Positions 50,545 to 63,859 of a stretch of 64,000 nt of DNA are shown here, piece after piece. Source of the DNA: Azolla caroliniana. Its lineage: Eukaryota > Plantae > Polypodiophyta. A program made the translations under genes and the position numbers. The DNA is taken from positions 11,904,001 through 11,968,000 of the forward strand of contig JBHGNT010000009.1 of assembly GCA_043228905.1 (NCBI GenBank), read 5' to 3'. The notes under the pieces are model-generated. The model was given only the letters and a program-made list of their open reading frames with translations, was not told the origin of the DNA and searched no databases. Positions within the stretch are counted from its first letter, which is position 1. Each line of letters starts with the position of its first letter.

Positions 50545-53500
50545 TAGTCGTAGCCGACCCCGTATTCCAGTTTGAATCCTTTCGCGACAAGTCAAGCTTT
50601 GTACTTGGGTTTCTCTAAGTCGGATATATACTTGTATTGGAAAACCCATTTGCAAGGTAGTGGCTTCCTTCCAGCTGGTAGTTCGACCAGCTCCCATGTC
50701 TGATTTTGATGAATCGAGTCCATTTCGGATTTCATGGCTTGTAGCCATGCTTCGGCGTCCGGTGCGGCCATGGCTTCTTCATACGTGCTTGGTTCGCCTG
50801 CATCCGTGTAGTTGACATAGTCGAGGCCCGGTTGATAAAACTCGGTTTGCCTTCGAGCTCGTCCAGATCTCCTAGGTGCCGTAATATCAGTTTCGGATCC
50901 TTCGATCAGTTCTGATTGACGATCGGTATTTGTTGAACCAGTTGTGTCAGGAGTCTTGTTAAATGTCCCGGCCCCGGATTGGGATTTTGGCGGTGTCTGG
51001 TTGTCCTCCCCTATGGTTGTCATCGACTCTTTTCTCAATTGTCTCGTAGTGACTTTGCCTTTATCGATCTTTGTCGATTCGGCTGTGTCTTTGAATACTT
51101 TGTCTTTGATTTCAACGATAGGACTTGTTACCGATTCAGTGTCAGCAGGGAAGTTGGCAGCTTGTTGGAGTTTGACTGTTTGTTGAGTCTCCGATTCGGC
51201 CCATTGGGTTGATCCTTCTACGATAGTGTTGTCATCTTCGAAGGATACCTTCATACGAACTGTTTTCTGTTGGTTTCGCTGAGAGAAGATAGAGTCTTCA
51301 AAGACAATGTTGCTGCTACGGATCAATTTCCGGTTCTCATGGTCCCATAGCCGGTAGTCGAAGTCCCCATCGGTTCCTTAACTGAGAAATATGCACTTTG
51401 TTGCATGGGGTGCCAACTTCGTCCTTTTGTCCTTGGGATAAGGGTGTAGGCTTCGCATCCGAATATACGGAGCCTATCGTAGGTTGGCTGTTTGCCTAAC
51501 CATAGTGTCTGTGGCACTTCAAGCCTGATTGCTCTTGACGGTGCCAGATTTATCAAGTACACTGCCGTCTGCAATGCCTCGGCCCAGAATTCCAATTTCA
51601 GTCCGGCTTGTTGGAGCATTGGCATCCCCCTCTCCTGGATCGTCATGTTGATCCGTTCTGCCACTCCATTTTGCATGGGTGTGTAGCGAACGGTCTTTTG
51701 GTGTCAGATCCCTTTTCCGGACAGGTACTGTTTGAAGGCCTTAGAGGTGTATTCACCTCTGTTGTCGGATCAGAGTGTCTTCACTCTGTATCATGACTGG
51801 TTCTGCACTTTAGATATCCATCGAATGAAGAACTCGAGTGCTGCATCTTTGGACTTGATGGAGTATGCCCAAACTTTCCGTGTACAGTCATCTACAAATG
51901 TGATGAAGTACCGGGAGCCTCCTAGTGATCGTTGTGGTATGGGCCCACATATGTCTGTGTGCACGAGCTCTAGGGTTTGTCGTACCGTCTCATAGTGGAG
52001 AGAGTGCGGACTTCGGGTCTGTTTCCCATAACGACAATGCTCGCAGGAGTCCATCTTGGCCTGGAGTTTCGGAATGTAGACGACCGACATCAGCCGATCA
52101 AGTCCGGCTGGAGACATGTGGCCAAGTCAGCCATGCCATAGGTTCGGGTCGGTCTTTTCGGCTACGTTCACAGCCCCTTCAGGGTTGATCACCATCAATG
52201 GGTATAGATTATTATACTTGTGCCCACTACCGATTTTGAGGTTTCCTCGGCTGATCACCCATGTTGACTTGTGTAGAGTCGTTCCATACCCATCTTCGGC
52301 TAACATGCCGATGGAGAACAGAATCCTCTTTAGATCGAGTATGTGCCGAACTCAGTGCAGGGTTATTGTGTTGCCATTTAGCAATTTGATGGGCACTTCC
52401 CTGGTTCCGGCTATCTTGCACTCCTGCCCGTTTTCTAGTCGGACTGTGCCGTTAGCGTCGGCTGAATAGTTTGAGAACCATTCAATGTTGGGGATCACGT
52501 GAAATGTGGCACCAAAGTCTAGTAGCCATGTGTGTGCAACTTGTGCACTCTAGAGGACTTCTCCGATCATTGAGTCCTCTAAGGAGAGGATTTCCCCGGA
52601 TTGGGTGTTGGCAACATTGATCTAGTGGCTGACTGGAGAGTGGTCCGAGTCAGAACGTCCCCGATTCCGATCGGATCGCCGACCGCTCTCTTTTCTTTTT
52701 AATGACCAACAATCGGAAACATTATGGCGGTACTCACTTGTTTGGCCCGTTTTCGACTTCGACCGTTGTCGATCACCCCTTGTTTTCGATCGGTTGTAGC
52801 GTCGACCGGTTCTGTCGGCTTGTTCTCTCGTTCGTCTTTGTCTGTCGAACGACTCAGTCGAGTGATGGGCTTCTGCTGACTCATCGATGGTTAGTCCCAT
52901 CGATTTTCGCCTGATGTCCTTTGTGAGGACTCTGCCGATTGTTTCGTCCAAGTTTAGGATCGGTCGGCTATTGGCGTATGTCATGCAAAATACCTCCCAA
53001 CTCGCCGACAAGCTCGAGAGGCGGGCAAGGGATTTCACTTCTTCTTCGATGTTGATCCCTTGTGACGAGAGATCAGACAACACCCGACTGAAGGTGTTGA
53101 TGTGGGAGGTTGCCGGATCGGTCTCTCTTATCTTGATGTTAAATAGTTGTTTGATCAAGAACAGTTTCGAAGATGAGGACTTCTTTTCATAAATGGTCTG
53201 TAGCTTCTCCCACAATGAGAACGATGTCGTCTCTTTCACCATGCTGAAATAGACGTTTTCGGTCAGATGCATTCGGATAGTGGATCGTGCTATTTCGTCC
53301 ACTGATATCCACTCTTCTATTGTCATCGAAGTAGGCTTTTTGTTGTGCCGAATGGCTTCAACCTGTCTTCGGATGATCAGCACATCCTGCATCATCTCCT
53401 TCCATAGGGAAAAAATTTAGCCCCCGAATTTTCTGATTTCAACTCCGGTTTCAGATGTTGAAGCCATATTCCTTTTATGAAAGTAAGATTTCTAACTTGG

Positions 53501-53817
53501 CCTTTTTCTCTCAGCTTCTTATGTTGTCTGTTGCTGCCATGTAGCAAGGTCGCTCTAATACCAGTTGTTGGAACTATGTATATGTATGCGGAAAATGTTT
53601 GCAGACCTATTCGGTTATGCACAGAAACCAACACACAGAAAATACAGTGAATTGAGACTTAGACAGTCGATCGAGCTTTAATGGAAAGCTTCTTATTACT
53701 TCCTTCTCGCTCAAAGATACAATACTCTTCTCGTCATCACTCATTACAATGTTAGGTATTCGCTTATATACTAAGCGCTAACTTATTAACGAGTTCACAC
53801 TCGGACGTATACAACTA
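50545..53817 (-). mobile_element. Copia element B (same family as A): partial 5' LTR 53566-53817, gag, protease, integrase, RT start; truncated
   Basis: PBS at 53551-53563; gag 52622-53395; WLLDFGATFH; LELVHTDICGP; QNGVAERIN; WLQAMKSEMDS. Confidence 0.92.
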
Positions 53818-54245
53818 CTCACATCTCTTCCGCAATAACACACATCTCTTCCGCTCCACAAGGATCATACCCGATTCTTTACATGGTATTAGAGTGATTC
53901 GGTAGCTTGATCTAGCCCACTCGCCTCATCATGATCGTGTGTTGTGCTCTACACCGACGTTCAAGAAGAACCGGCTCATCGCTATCGTAGTACCACTACA
54001 TAGCTCATGTTCGTGAGAGAAGGAAAAGAAGAAAGTTGGGGAGCGCTCTCCCTAGCGAGAAGTTGGATCGCAACAACTTGGCATCTTGGGAGTACAAGAT
54101 GCACCAATACAAGATGCATAGTCGGCCAAGGCTATTGGAGTTACATCAAGGGAGCACAAGAAAACCAACCCGACCTAAAAGACGCCGACTATGCAACTTG
54201 GGAGCAAGCGGCAAGCCGAGTGATGTATTGCTTGGTGACATGTGT
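53818..54245 (+). mobile_element. Copia element W, 5' fragment (LTR end, PBS, gag start)
   Basis: TTTACA then TGGTATTAGAG at 53884; LPSEKLDRNNLASWEYKMHQY..GQGYWSYI. Confidence 0.8.
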
Positions 54246-54249
54246 TACC

Positions 54250-57200
54250 TAAACCAAATCATGGCAGCCTTGCAACAACTTCAACTAGAGAATGAAATCC
54301 TTTGGGAATCATTACGAGAGTTGCAATCCGGCACTTCAAGAAATCCACTAGCTGCCGAGTCACAACCACCGTTGACACCTAACCTGACCATGTCCTCTTC
54401 TCATCCATATGTCCTCGAACCAACCATCAGCCTACCTGACAAATTCAATGGCAAGAGGGCGTATCTTCGCGGCTTCATCAACCAAATTCGGCTTATCATT
54501 CGATTACAACCTCAACGGTATGCTAGCGACTTTTCTCGGGTTGGGCTTGTCGACATGCTTCTCTCTGGGCCGGCGCAAGCATGGTTTGCACCCTTGATCG
54601 AGACCTCATCCCCTCTCTTGGAGGACTTAACTGCTTTCATGGAGGAGCTCGAAGCAACATTTGGCGAGACAGATCGACGACGAATGGCACTCACAAAGCT
54701 TTATTCTGTCCAACAAGGTTCACGTCTTGCCTCGACCTACACCTCCGAGTTCTGCCAGATTGCCTTCGATGTTAGTTGGGATGACCAAGACCTATGCGAC
54801 CATTTCCGTTGTGGTCTCTAAAAGGACATTACGACTCTTCTCTTAAATATCCCGGAGCCCAGATCATTTTCTCAGGTAATCTCCCAAGCTGTCTGGTGTG
54901 ACAATCGTCTTTTCGAACTTCGTCAAGAAGAACGAGGTATTCGCGGGTCTCAGGCTTCTTCTCGGAACGCAACAATCACCAGGCCCTACTTGTCTCCCAC
55001 GCCAACCTTACCATCAGCCAGTGAAACCCATACCACAATGGAGGTTGATTCCCATACCCCGATGGAGATCGACCATGCTCGGTTCCAACCACTAACTGAA
55101 GCCCAACGCCAACATCGTTGGGACAATGGACTCTGTCTCTATCGTGGCAACCCCAGCCATGTCATTCGCCACTGCCCTGTGTGAGGCCCTCGACACCAAT
55201 TCCATCGTGCACGTCTTGCAGAGGTTCCTTGACAACAGGAAAACGACCAAGTCCGGCTGCAGTAGGAGCCATGCCGCTGGACACTTCCCGTTACTCACCT
55301 TCTCCATGCTCCTACAAGCCTGAACTGCCATTAGGAGGGTTTTCTTTGCAAGTAAGTCTTTTTTTTGGTTTGAATTCAATACATTCTCATGCCTTGCTCG
55401 ACTCCAGAGAATCTACTTGCTTTATCGATAAATCGTTTGTATCCGCACATAATATCCCCATCGTCCGCATATCACAACCCATATCCGTTGAAGCAATCGA
55501 CAGCGGGGTTCTCTCATCGGGGGCGGTTACTGAAGCCACTATCCTGTTGGTACTTCAAATTGGGGCACACCAAGAGGAACTGACGTTCTACCTCATCGCG
55601 ACCCCCCGACATCCGATTGTGTTGGGGCTATCTTGGTTGGAGACACACAATCCAACAGTGGATTGGTGTAGCCGCTCCATCACTTTTCCCTAACAACGCC
55701 AATTCCTACTCGGTCACGACATTCTCTTGATTCTGCTGCGGTCGAGTCTTGTTTGGTCGCTACACTGGCCGTTGTGTTGGAGAATGTCACTGTTCTTGTC
55801 ACCAATTTACCCATCCGATATAGCGACTTTTCCGACATCTTTGAAAAGCGGAATGCCGATCGATTACCGGCTGATCGCCCCTACGATTGCCTAATAGAAC
55901 TCCAAGCTGGCGAGCATCCTCCATTCGGTCCTATCTATGGGTTATCCAAACCCAAACTTGAGGGTCTCCGCACATATTTGGCTGAGAATCTCGCGAAGGG
56001 CTTAATTCAACCCTCCAAATCACCGGTCAGGGCACCAATCTTATTTGTCAAAAAGGACAAGTCCTTACACTTATGTGTCGATTATCGGGGTCTCAACAAA
56101 GTTATGGTACATAATCTCTACCCCCTACTCTTAATTCCAACGCTCCTTGATCGACTTTGAACGGGGCATATCTTCTCCAAAATCTACCTTCGGGGCGCCT
56201 ACAATTTGGTGCATATCAAGCCTGGGGACGAGTGGAAAACAACTTTTTGGACGCGCTATGGACATTTCGAGTACAAAGTGATGCCTTTCAGCCTTACCAA
56301 CGCTCTGGCCATCTTCCAGCACATGATGAACGATATTTTTCGAGAGTATCTCGATCATTTCGTGGTCATCTACCTTGACGACATCCTAGTTTTTTCTTCC
56401 AACTGGGAGGAGCATACACACCATGTCCGACTGGTTCTCACCAAACTCCGAGAATATGGGCTCTTCGCTAAAAGTGAGAAATGTGAATTTGATCGGAGCT
56501 CTGTGGAATTCCTAGGTTACATGATCTCACCTACCGGGATCACAATGGATAAACGCAAGGTCGCCGCAATCACTGATTGGCCTCTCCTGACTCGGCTGAA
56601 AGAGGTACAATCGTTTCTTGGTTTTGCAAATTTTTATAGACGATTTATAGACGGGTTCTCATCCCTAGTCCAACCTCTCATCCAACTTACCTGGAAAGAT
56701 ACTCCATTTCTTTGGACCCCCGCAACACATAATGCTTTTAATGCCCTCAAAGCAACTTTTCTCTCCGCCCCCCCATTAGTCCACTAGTATCCCATCCGCC
56801 CTTTCCAAGTTGAATCTGACGCCTCCGGTCTTGTCCCAACCTGATGATGATGGCACCCTACATCCAGTCACCTTCAGCTCTCGAAAGTTTACAACCCCAG
56901 AAATCAATTATCCGGTCTACGACAAGGAGCTCGTAGCTATCATCTCGGCCTTCGCTGAATGGCGACCCTATCTGACTAGGGTGCAACATCGTATTCAGGT
57001 GGTGACCGACCAGAAGAATCTCATCTACTTCACCACCACTCGTACGTTGAATCGGAGGCAAGCTCGTTGGTCATCTTTTCTTGCCGACTACGACTCGAAA
57101 TCTAGTTCCGACCCGGCGTTCAACATGGGAAAACGGATGCTCTCTCTCGGCGACCCGATTTTGCATTGTGCCTAGGCGACGACACTTATTCTCAGCAATC

Positions 57201-59109
57201 ACATTGTTTATTGCGGCCCGATCAACTCCACATGTTCGCAACCTATCTGTTGCACGATGATTCCTTGCTTAATGAGATTGCTCAAGCAACCACGTCGGAC
57301 CCTTTCGCTACTGAAGTCATGGCGCGCCTCAACAACCCATCCCAGGAATGACAAAGCTCGGATCTCAGTCACTTTACAACTCACGATGGACTACTCTATC
57401 GTAATCACCTCTTTTACGTACCAGATGGCCCATGTCGCCTCCGAGTTCTACAAACTTGCCATGATGATCCTCTTGTCAGACACTTTGGGCTCGCCAAAAC
57501 GCTGACATTGCTTTCTCAGGGGTTTTGGTAGCCTCAACCTTGGAAATTGGTCAAAGAATTTATCAAAACTTGTGACGTCTGTGCTCGATCCAAAGCGGCT
57601 CACCATCGTCCATATGGCCTTCTACACCAACTTCCAATCCCCAGTCGACCTTGGGCATCTCTCTCCGTGGACTTTATCACCAACCTTCCTTGAGTTGGTG
57701 ACCATGACACGGTGCTAGTGGTCATCAATCGGTTTTCAAAGATGGCTCACTTTGTCCCATGCTCGAAAAACATTTCGGGGGAGGAGACAACTGCCCTTTT
57801 TCTGAAAAATGTCATCCGCTTACACGGTTTGCCTAAGGATGTCACTTCTGATCGATGTCCTCAATTTATCTCCCACTTTAGGCGCCAACTGCTACAAACA
57901 TTCGGGACTTCTGTGAACTTGTCAACCACGCACCACCCTTAAACTGATGGCCAAACCAAAAGAGTCAACCAAATCCTTGAACAATACCTCCGTTGTTCCG
58001 TTAGCTACCAACAAGAAGATTGGGTGGACCTCCTTGCCATGGCAGAATTTGCCTACAATAACAGTGTTCATGGCTCAACTAAAGTTTCCCCATTCTTTGC
58101 AAATTACAGTTTCCACCCTCGTTTCAGCATTTCCATTCCAGAGATATCCATCAATCCGTAGGCTGAGAAGCGTGCCCACACCTTACAAGATGTCCGTCGT
58201 GACCTCTCCCTCAAGCTCCATGCCGCTGGCAAACAATATAACGCTCACACTAACCGACATTGCTTAGTTGCACCGGCCTTCGCAGTTGGTGACATGGTTT
58301 GGTTGCTATGACGGTATATCGCAACCACCCGTCCTTGTGTGAACCTCGACTACAAAAAGCTAGGCCCCATCCGTATCCTCAAGCGCGTTAACCCAGTCGC
58401 CTTCCGGTTAGCGCTTCCTCCCACATTTCGGCTTCACAATGTTTTCCACTTCTCTCTCTTCTCTCTCTATCATCCTTCTCGCATTCCGGGATGCCAACCT
58501 CCTCCACCGCCGCCCGTGGAATTATTGATAGGTGACGAGTGTGAGGTTGACCGGATCCTCGACTCTCGCTTGCGTCGACAACAACTTGAATACTTGGTCC
58601 TATGGAAAGGTTACCCTCTTTCGGATGCCACATGGGAACCAGTTACACACTTACAAAATGCACCAGAGGCAATTCACGCATTTCACCAATGATACCCCCC
58701 ATAAACCGGCCGCAGGGGTTAGGAGGTGGCCTTAGAGGGAGGATAATATCATAGACATATGCCATAGAGGAAGGTAGGAATTGAACCCAAAACCTCATGG
58801 CCTCTATTGGGCAAACCCTACCACTTGAGCATCCTTGTATTTAATTCAACTTCATATTGTGTAGGTTGAACATTGGAAGTTCCTAGCTTACATGCATTCT
58901 CATTCTCTAGCTTGCATGCATCCTCATGCACTCTATTTCAAGCTTGCTTACATAGCCCTACCCTCTTGTATAAATAATCATGTGCACCTTGATTCTAATC
59001 AAGGTGAACAACACAAGTTACGGATTCTATAAGTTGAGTTCTTGTTCTTTTCCTCTCTCTTGTTCTCCAGTCTTATCTTCGTTCTACTCTATGATACTTC
59101 TCTGTGACA
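54250..59109 (+). mobile_element. Tcn1-like chromovirus: gag, protease, RT, RNase H, integrase, chromodomain, 3' LTR 58747-59109; 5' LTR lost
   Basis: ISLPDKFNG; ALLDSRES; CVDYRGLN; VIYLDDIL; YDKELVAI; TSDR.PQF; YLVLWKGYPLSDATWEP; PPT AGAGGGAGGATAA. Confidence 0.94.
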
Positions 59110-60711
59110 TTCGGCTCCATTGCGTATGTGCACATCCCCAATAAAAAGCGACAAAAGCTCGACCTGAAGTCGGAGAAATGTATCCTCATCAGATACTCAC
59201 TGGAGCAAAAGGTTTACAAGTCCTACAACCCCTTGACTTGAAAATTTCGCGTATGTTGAGATGTCGTTTTTGACGAGTCCGCATCCTGGTACACACCAAA
59301 GATAACTTCGACTCTGATTCCACTCGACCCAGAATCTACCGAACAAGAAATAGATGATGAAGATCGCCTTACACACATGTTCGAAGAAATTTTGATCATG
59401 ACCCGACTGAGCAGACCACAAGAGCCTCCGAGCAATCAAAGCACAAGTCGATAGAGTCTGAAGCTAGACAAAGGGAAGGCCAAAATGCCGGAGTATGAAG
59501 ACGATCATTTCGAGGGCATCGAAAATACTCACTCTCTTGATAGTGAGTTCGAAGGCCTTGACATCCGGACAAATGGAGTGAAGAAAGCCTTAAAATCAAC
59601 AAACAAGAAGCTTTGAAGATCCACCCGTGAAAAGAACCCTGTAAGCTGATTCATCTACGATGAGTACATGGTGTACCATTACGCATTTATGATGAAGTTG
59701 GCAACATTACGGGAGTCGGAAACCTTTTCCGAAGCCGCGAAGGACCTGCGATGGATCGAAGCAATGAACAAGGAGATGCGTGCATTAGGCAAGAACGAGA
59801 CATGGGATCTTGTTCCCCACTCACTGCACAAGAAGACAATTGGCTGCAGATGGATCTACAAGGTGAAGTATAATCCCGATGACTCCATAAACCGTTACAA
59901 AGCTCGACTCATAGAGAAAGGATACGCACAAAGACATGGATTCGACTATGAAGAAACTTTTCCCCTGGTGGCAAAGATGACGTCGGTGCAGACTGTGATC
60001 GCACTTGCAGCGACAAAAGGGTGGAACCACATCTAGGTCTTGGCCTTTTTCTTCCGGTCAGCTCTATCAAGAACGCCTTTCTTCAAGGTGAATTAGAAGA
60101 GGAGGTGTACATGGTACAATCACCCGGCTTCGAATTGCGTACTCATCCGAAAGTCGCGTGTCGACTCAAGAAGCTACTCTACGGCCTCAAGCAAGCACTG
60201 CGTGCTTGGCATTCGAAGCTTACGTAATATCTTCATCAAATCGGCTTAAAACCCTAAACCCTAAACCCTAAACTACCTCTAGGTACGACACAACTCTAGA
60301 AGCTAAATTCTCATCATCCTATACGTGGATGATATGGTCATTAGAGGTGAAAGTCTAGTCGACATCAACAAGGTCAAGTCCCTCCTCTCCCAAAAATTCG
60401 AGATGACGGACATGAAGGAGCTCCATTACTTCCTGGGCATCGAAGTAATTCGGATTCTGACCGGCATTATGATCTCTCAGCGGCACTAAATCCTCAACTT
60501 GTTATACAAGTTTGGGATGACTGAGTGCAAATCGGTGGCTACGCCTCTCGATCAAAACCTTAAACTAGATGCTGACTTCCGACACAGACGATTGCGACCC
60601 AACCCAATATCGTCAATTGATTACCAGCCTCATTTATATCATGATCACTTGAGCCAATCTTAGCTATCCAGTCGGACTCCCTAGCCAATTCATGCAAACT
60701 CCGCGAGATAT
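59110..60711 (+). mobile_element. Copia element W, integrase end and RT, decayed
   Basis: FGSIAYVHIP..KLD..SEKCIL; WIEAMNKEM; YKARLI; ILYVDDM. Confidence 0.88.
60247..60272 (-). repeat. Interstitial telomeric repeat, ~3.5 x CCCTAAA
   Basis: TAAAACCCTAAACCCTAAACCCTAAA inside Copia RT. Confidence 0.85.
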
Positions 60712-63700
60712 TGTCAGGAATAGTACTAAGATAGAGAAGGAATTTGTACTAAAAGAAGTATTAGTACTAAGAGAGGTGAAGAACTCTCGAGACAAGGAAA
60801 GAGTGAGTGAGAGGGAGAGAGATCGAGAGAGAGAGTGTGTGTGATGATAAGAAAAGATATATATTATGTGAAGAAAATGTACAGTAGCTAGGAGGCTTAA
60901 GACTGGCGTTGAACCGATTTGGTTCGAAATAATGCCTTGTGCCTCCTTTTATAGTGTTCTAAGGAATACTCCTGAAGTTTCTAGAATGTTCTAGAGAAAT
61001 CTGGAATATACATCAATTTTCTATGATAAAACATAAATGAAAATAATATTTTATGTATTACAATGTATAGTCTAATGGTCAAGAACTCGACCCATGTAGT
61101 ATAAGGTCATGGGTTCGAGTCTTGCCATATCATGACACTATCCCCCCTTTAAAACGACGAGTATAACGAGTCGTTTTGGATTGAGGACCCAGTTTGTCTG
61201 GATATTGACGATGGAAGTCTTTAAGAAGAGCGCGAGCATTGGTGACATTCTCTATCGGTTCCCAAGTACGCTCACTGGGACTATATCCTAGCCAGTCGAC
61301 TAGATAGTAGAGCTTGTTGCGAACAAGCTTGTTCCAGAATTTTGACACGAACTGGGGTCCACGGTCGCTGATGATACTATCGGGAAGTCGATGATGCCGA
61401 CATACTTCATGCATAACAATTTTGGCAGTGTCTTCACTGGAGATCTCCTTAGTACATGGCAAGAAATAAGCCATCTTCGTATATCGATCGACCACCGTTA
61501 GAATCGCATTGAACCCCTTAGAGACTGGAAGATCTGTGATGAAGTCTAGAGCAATGGATTTCCACGGCTTGCTTGGATTTGGTAATGGTTTTTCTGGATT
61601 GACATGAGCTAGAATTGGAGCCGATGTAAATGCCTTTTTAAGACTCTCGAAAGCCACGTCCGTTTCTTCAGACCAAATGAACGGTTATCCCTTCCTGGTA
61701 AGTTGTGTGAGAGGTAGAACGATCTTTGAGTAATCTTATATGAACTTCCGGTAAAAATTGGCAAAGCCTAGGAAGCATTGCACATCCCGCACCGAACGTG
61801 GAGTCTGCCATTCTACCACCGTTTTGACCTTAGCTGGGTCCATGGAGATGCCTTCTGACGAAATGATGTAGTCGAGAAATTCCACTTGGTTGCACCCGAA
61901 ACTACATTTTTCGAGCTTTGCATATAGACCATGTTCTCGAAGTCGTTTTAGTACTAATAGTACATGAGAATCATGTTCTTCTTGGGTCTTTGAATAAACC
62001 AGTAGATCATCCAAATAGATGATCAAACAATCATCCAATAGATCTCGGAATATATCATTAGCCATGTGCATCGGTGGGATACCGGGAAGGATGCATTTGG
62101 ATAACTAATCATACCTGGTTAAGGAACCCTCTAAACTGCGATCGCGTTCCATCGAACTTCGTGGGAAGGCCAATCTTGGGTTCTTTATGAATCCCTTGTG
62201 TTCCGGGCCCATGTTATTGCATCGCTACTATGGTTGCTTCGAGTTGTTGCACGCGTAACCGAAGTTCCCCATGTTGTTGTTGTGTTTGCTGCTTTTCTAA
62301 GGAGATTTGCTGAAGATCCCCCAGCAACCGTTGGTTTTCTTGTTCCAAAGCATGGAACTTCTCTTTCAAGCATTGAAATTCCGAGAAAACAGATTGATAT
62401 TCTTCAGCGCTAACAGTGGCCATGGGATGAAAGAAAAGAGGAAGAAGAGATTAGTAGGAAATGAGAGAGATAGAAGGTAGGTAAATCGGTTCAAACTGTC
62501 AGGAACAGTACTAAGACAGAGAAGGAATTAGTACTAAAAGAAGTATTAGTACTAAGAGAGGTGAAGAACTATCGAGACAAGGAAAGAGTGTGAGAGGGAG
62601 GGAGGGAGGGAGAGAGAGAGTGTGAGTGAATGATGATAAGAAAAGATATATATTATGTGAAGAAAATGTACAGTAGGTAGGAAGGAGGCTTAAGACTGGC
62701 GTTGAACCGATTTGGTTCGAAATAATGCCTTGTGCCTCCTTTTATAGTGTTCTAAGGAATACTCCTGAAGTTTCTAGAATGTTCTAGAGAAATCTGGAAT
62801 ATACATCAATTTTCTATAATAAAACATAAATGAAAATAATATTTTATGTATTACAATGTATAGTCTAATGGTGGAGAGCTCGACCCATGTAGTATAAGGT
62901 CATGGGTTCGATTCTTGCCATATCATGACACGTTGCCTTCTAATGAAATGATGTAGCCGAGAAGGACTTTGGCTCTTCGGGGAAGGTCAATAGTAAATCC
63001 TTGATGTCGTTGCATAAACCATAATGGAATTGCTCCATCAACGCTTGATCATCCCAAGGGATATCGGAGGCGAGTAGGCGAAAATCTGCAGCGTATGCGG
63101 AGGCTGGACGGTGGCGTAATCGCCGGATTTTGTTGATTGCGGTCCTAATGCTCTCAGTATCTCCGAAACATGCTTTAAACTCACCTAGAAACTCTTCAAA
63201 ATTGTTGAGTAACGGAGATTCCTTTTCTAATAGTAGAGCGAACCATGATAACGCTGAGTCACTTAACAAAGTGCCTATTAAACCCACTCGTGATGCATCG
63301 GTGGGATATCGGGAAGGATGCATTTGGATAACTAATCGTACTTGGTTAAGGAACCCTCTAAACTGTGATCGCTTTCCATCGAACTTCATGGGAAGGCCAA
63401 TCTTGGGTTCTTTATGAATCCCTTGTGTTCCAGGCCCTTGTTGTTGCATCACTACGATGGTTGCTTCGAGTTGTTGCACGCGTAACGCAAGTTCCCCATG
63501 TTGTTGTTGCTTTTGCTGCTTTTCTAAGGAGATTTGCTGAAGATCCCCCAACAACCATTGGTTTTCTTGTTCCAAAGCATGGAACTTCTCCTTCAAGCAT
63601 TGAAATTCCGAGAAAACATATTGATATTCTTCAGCGCTAACAGTGGCCATGGGATGAAAGAAAAGAGGAATAAAAGATTAGTAGGAAATGATAGAGATAG

Positions 63701-63820
63701 AAGGTAGGGAAAATTGGTTCAATCCGTCATAAACAGTACTGAGACAGAGAAGGAATTAGTACTAAACGAAGGATTAGTACTATGAGAGGTGTGGAACTTC
63801 TTCGAGAGAAGGAAGAAGTG

Positions 63821-63859
<39 letters not shown>

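Noticed and set aside
54036-54821. Novel Copia-Gypsy fusion gag (261 aa)
   Set aside because: Chance read-through across a deletion junction; the Copia part shifts out of frame after ~25 codons
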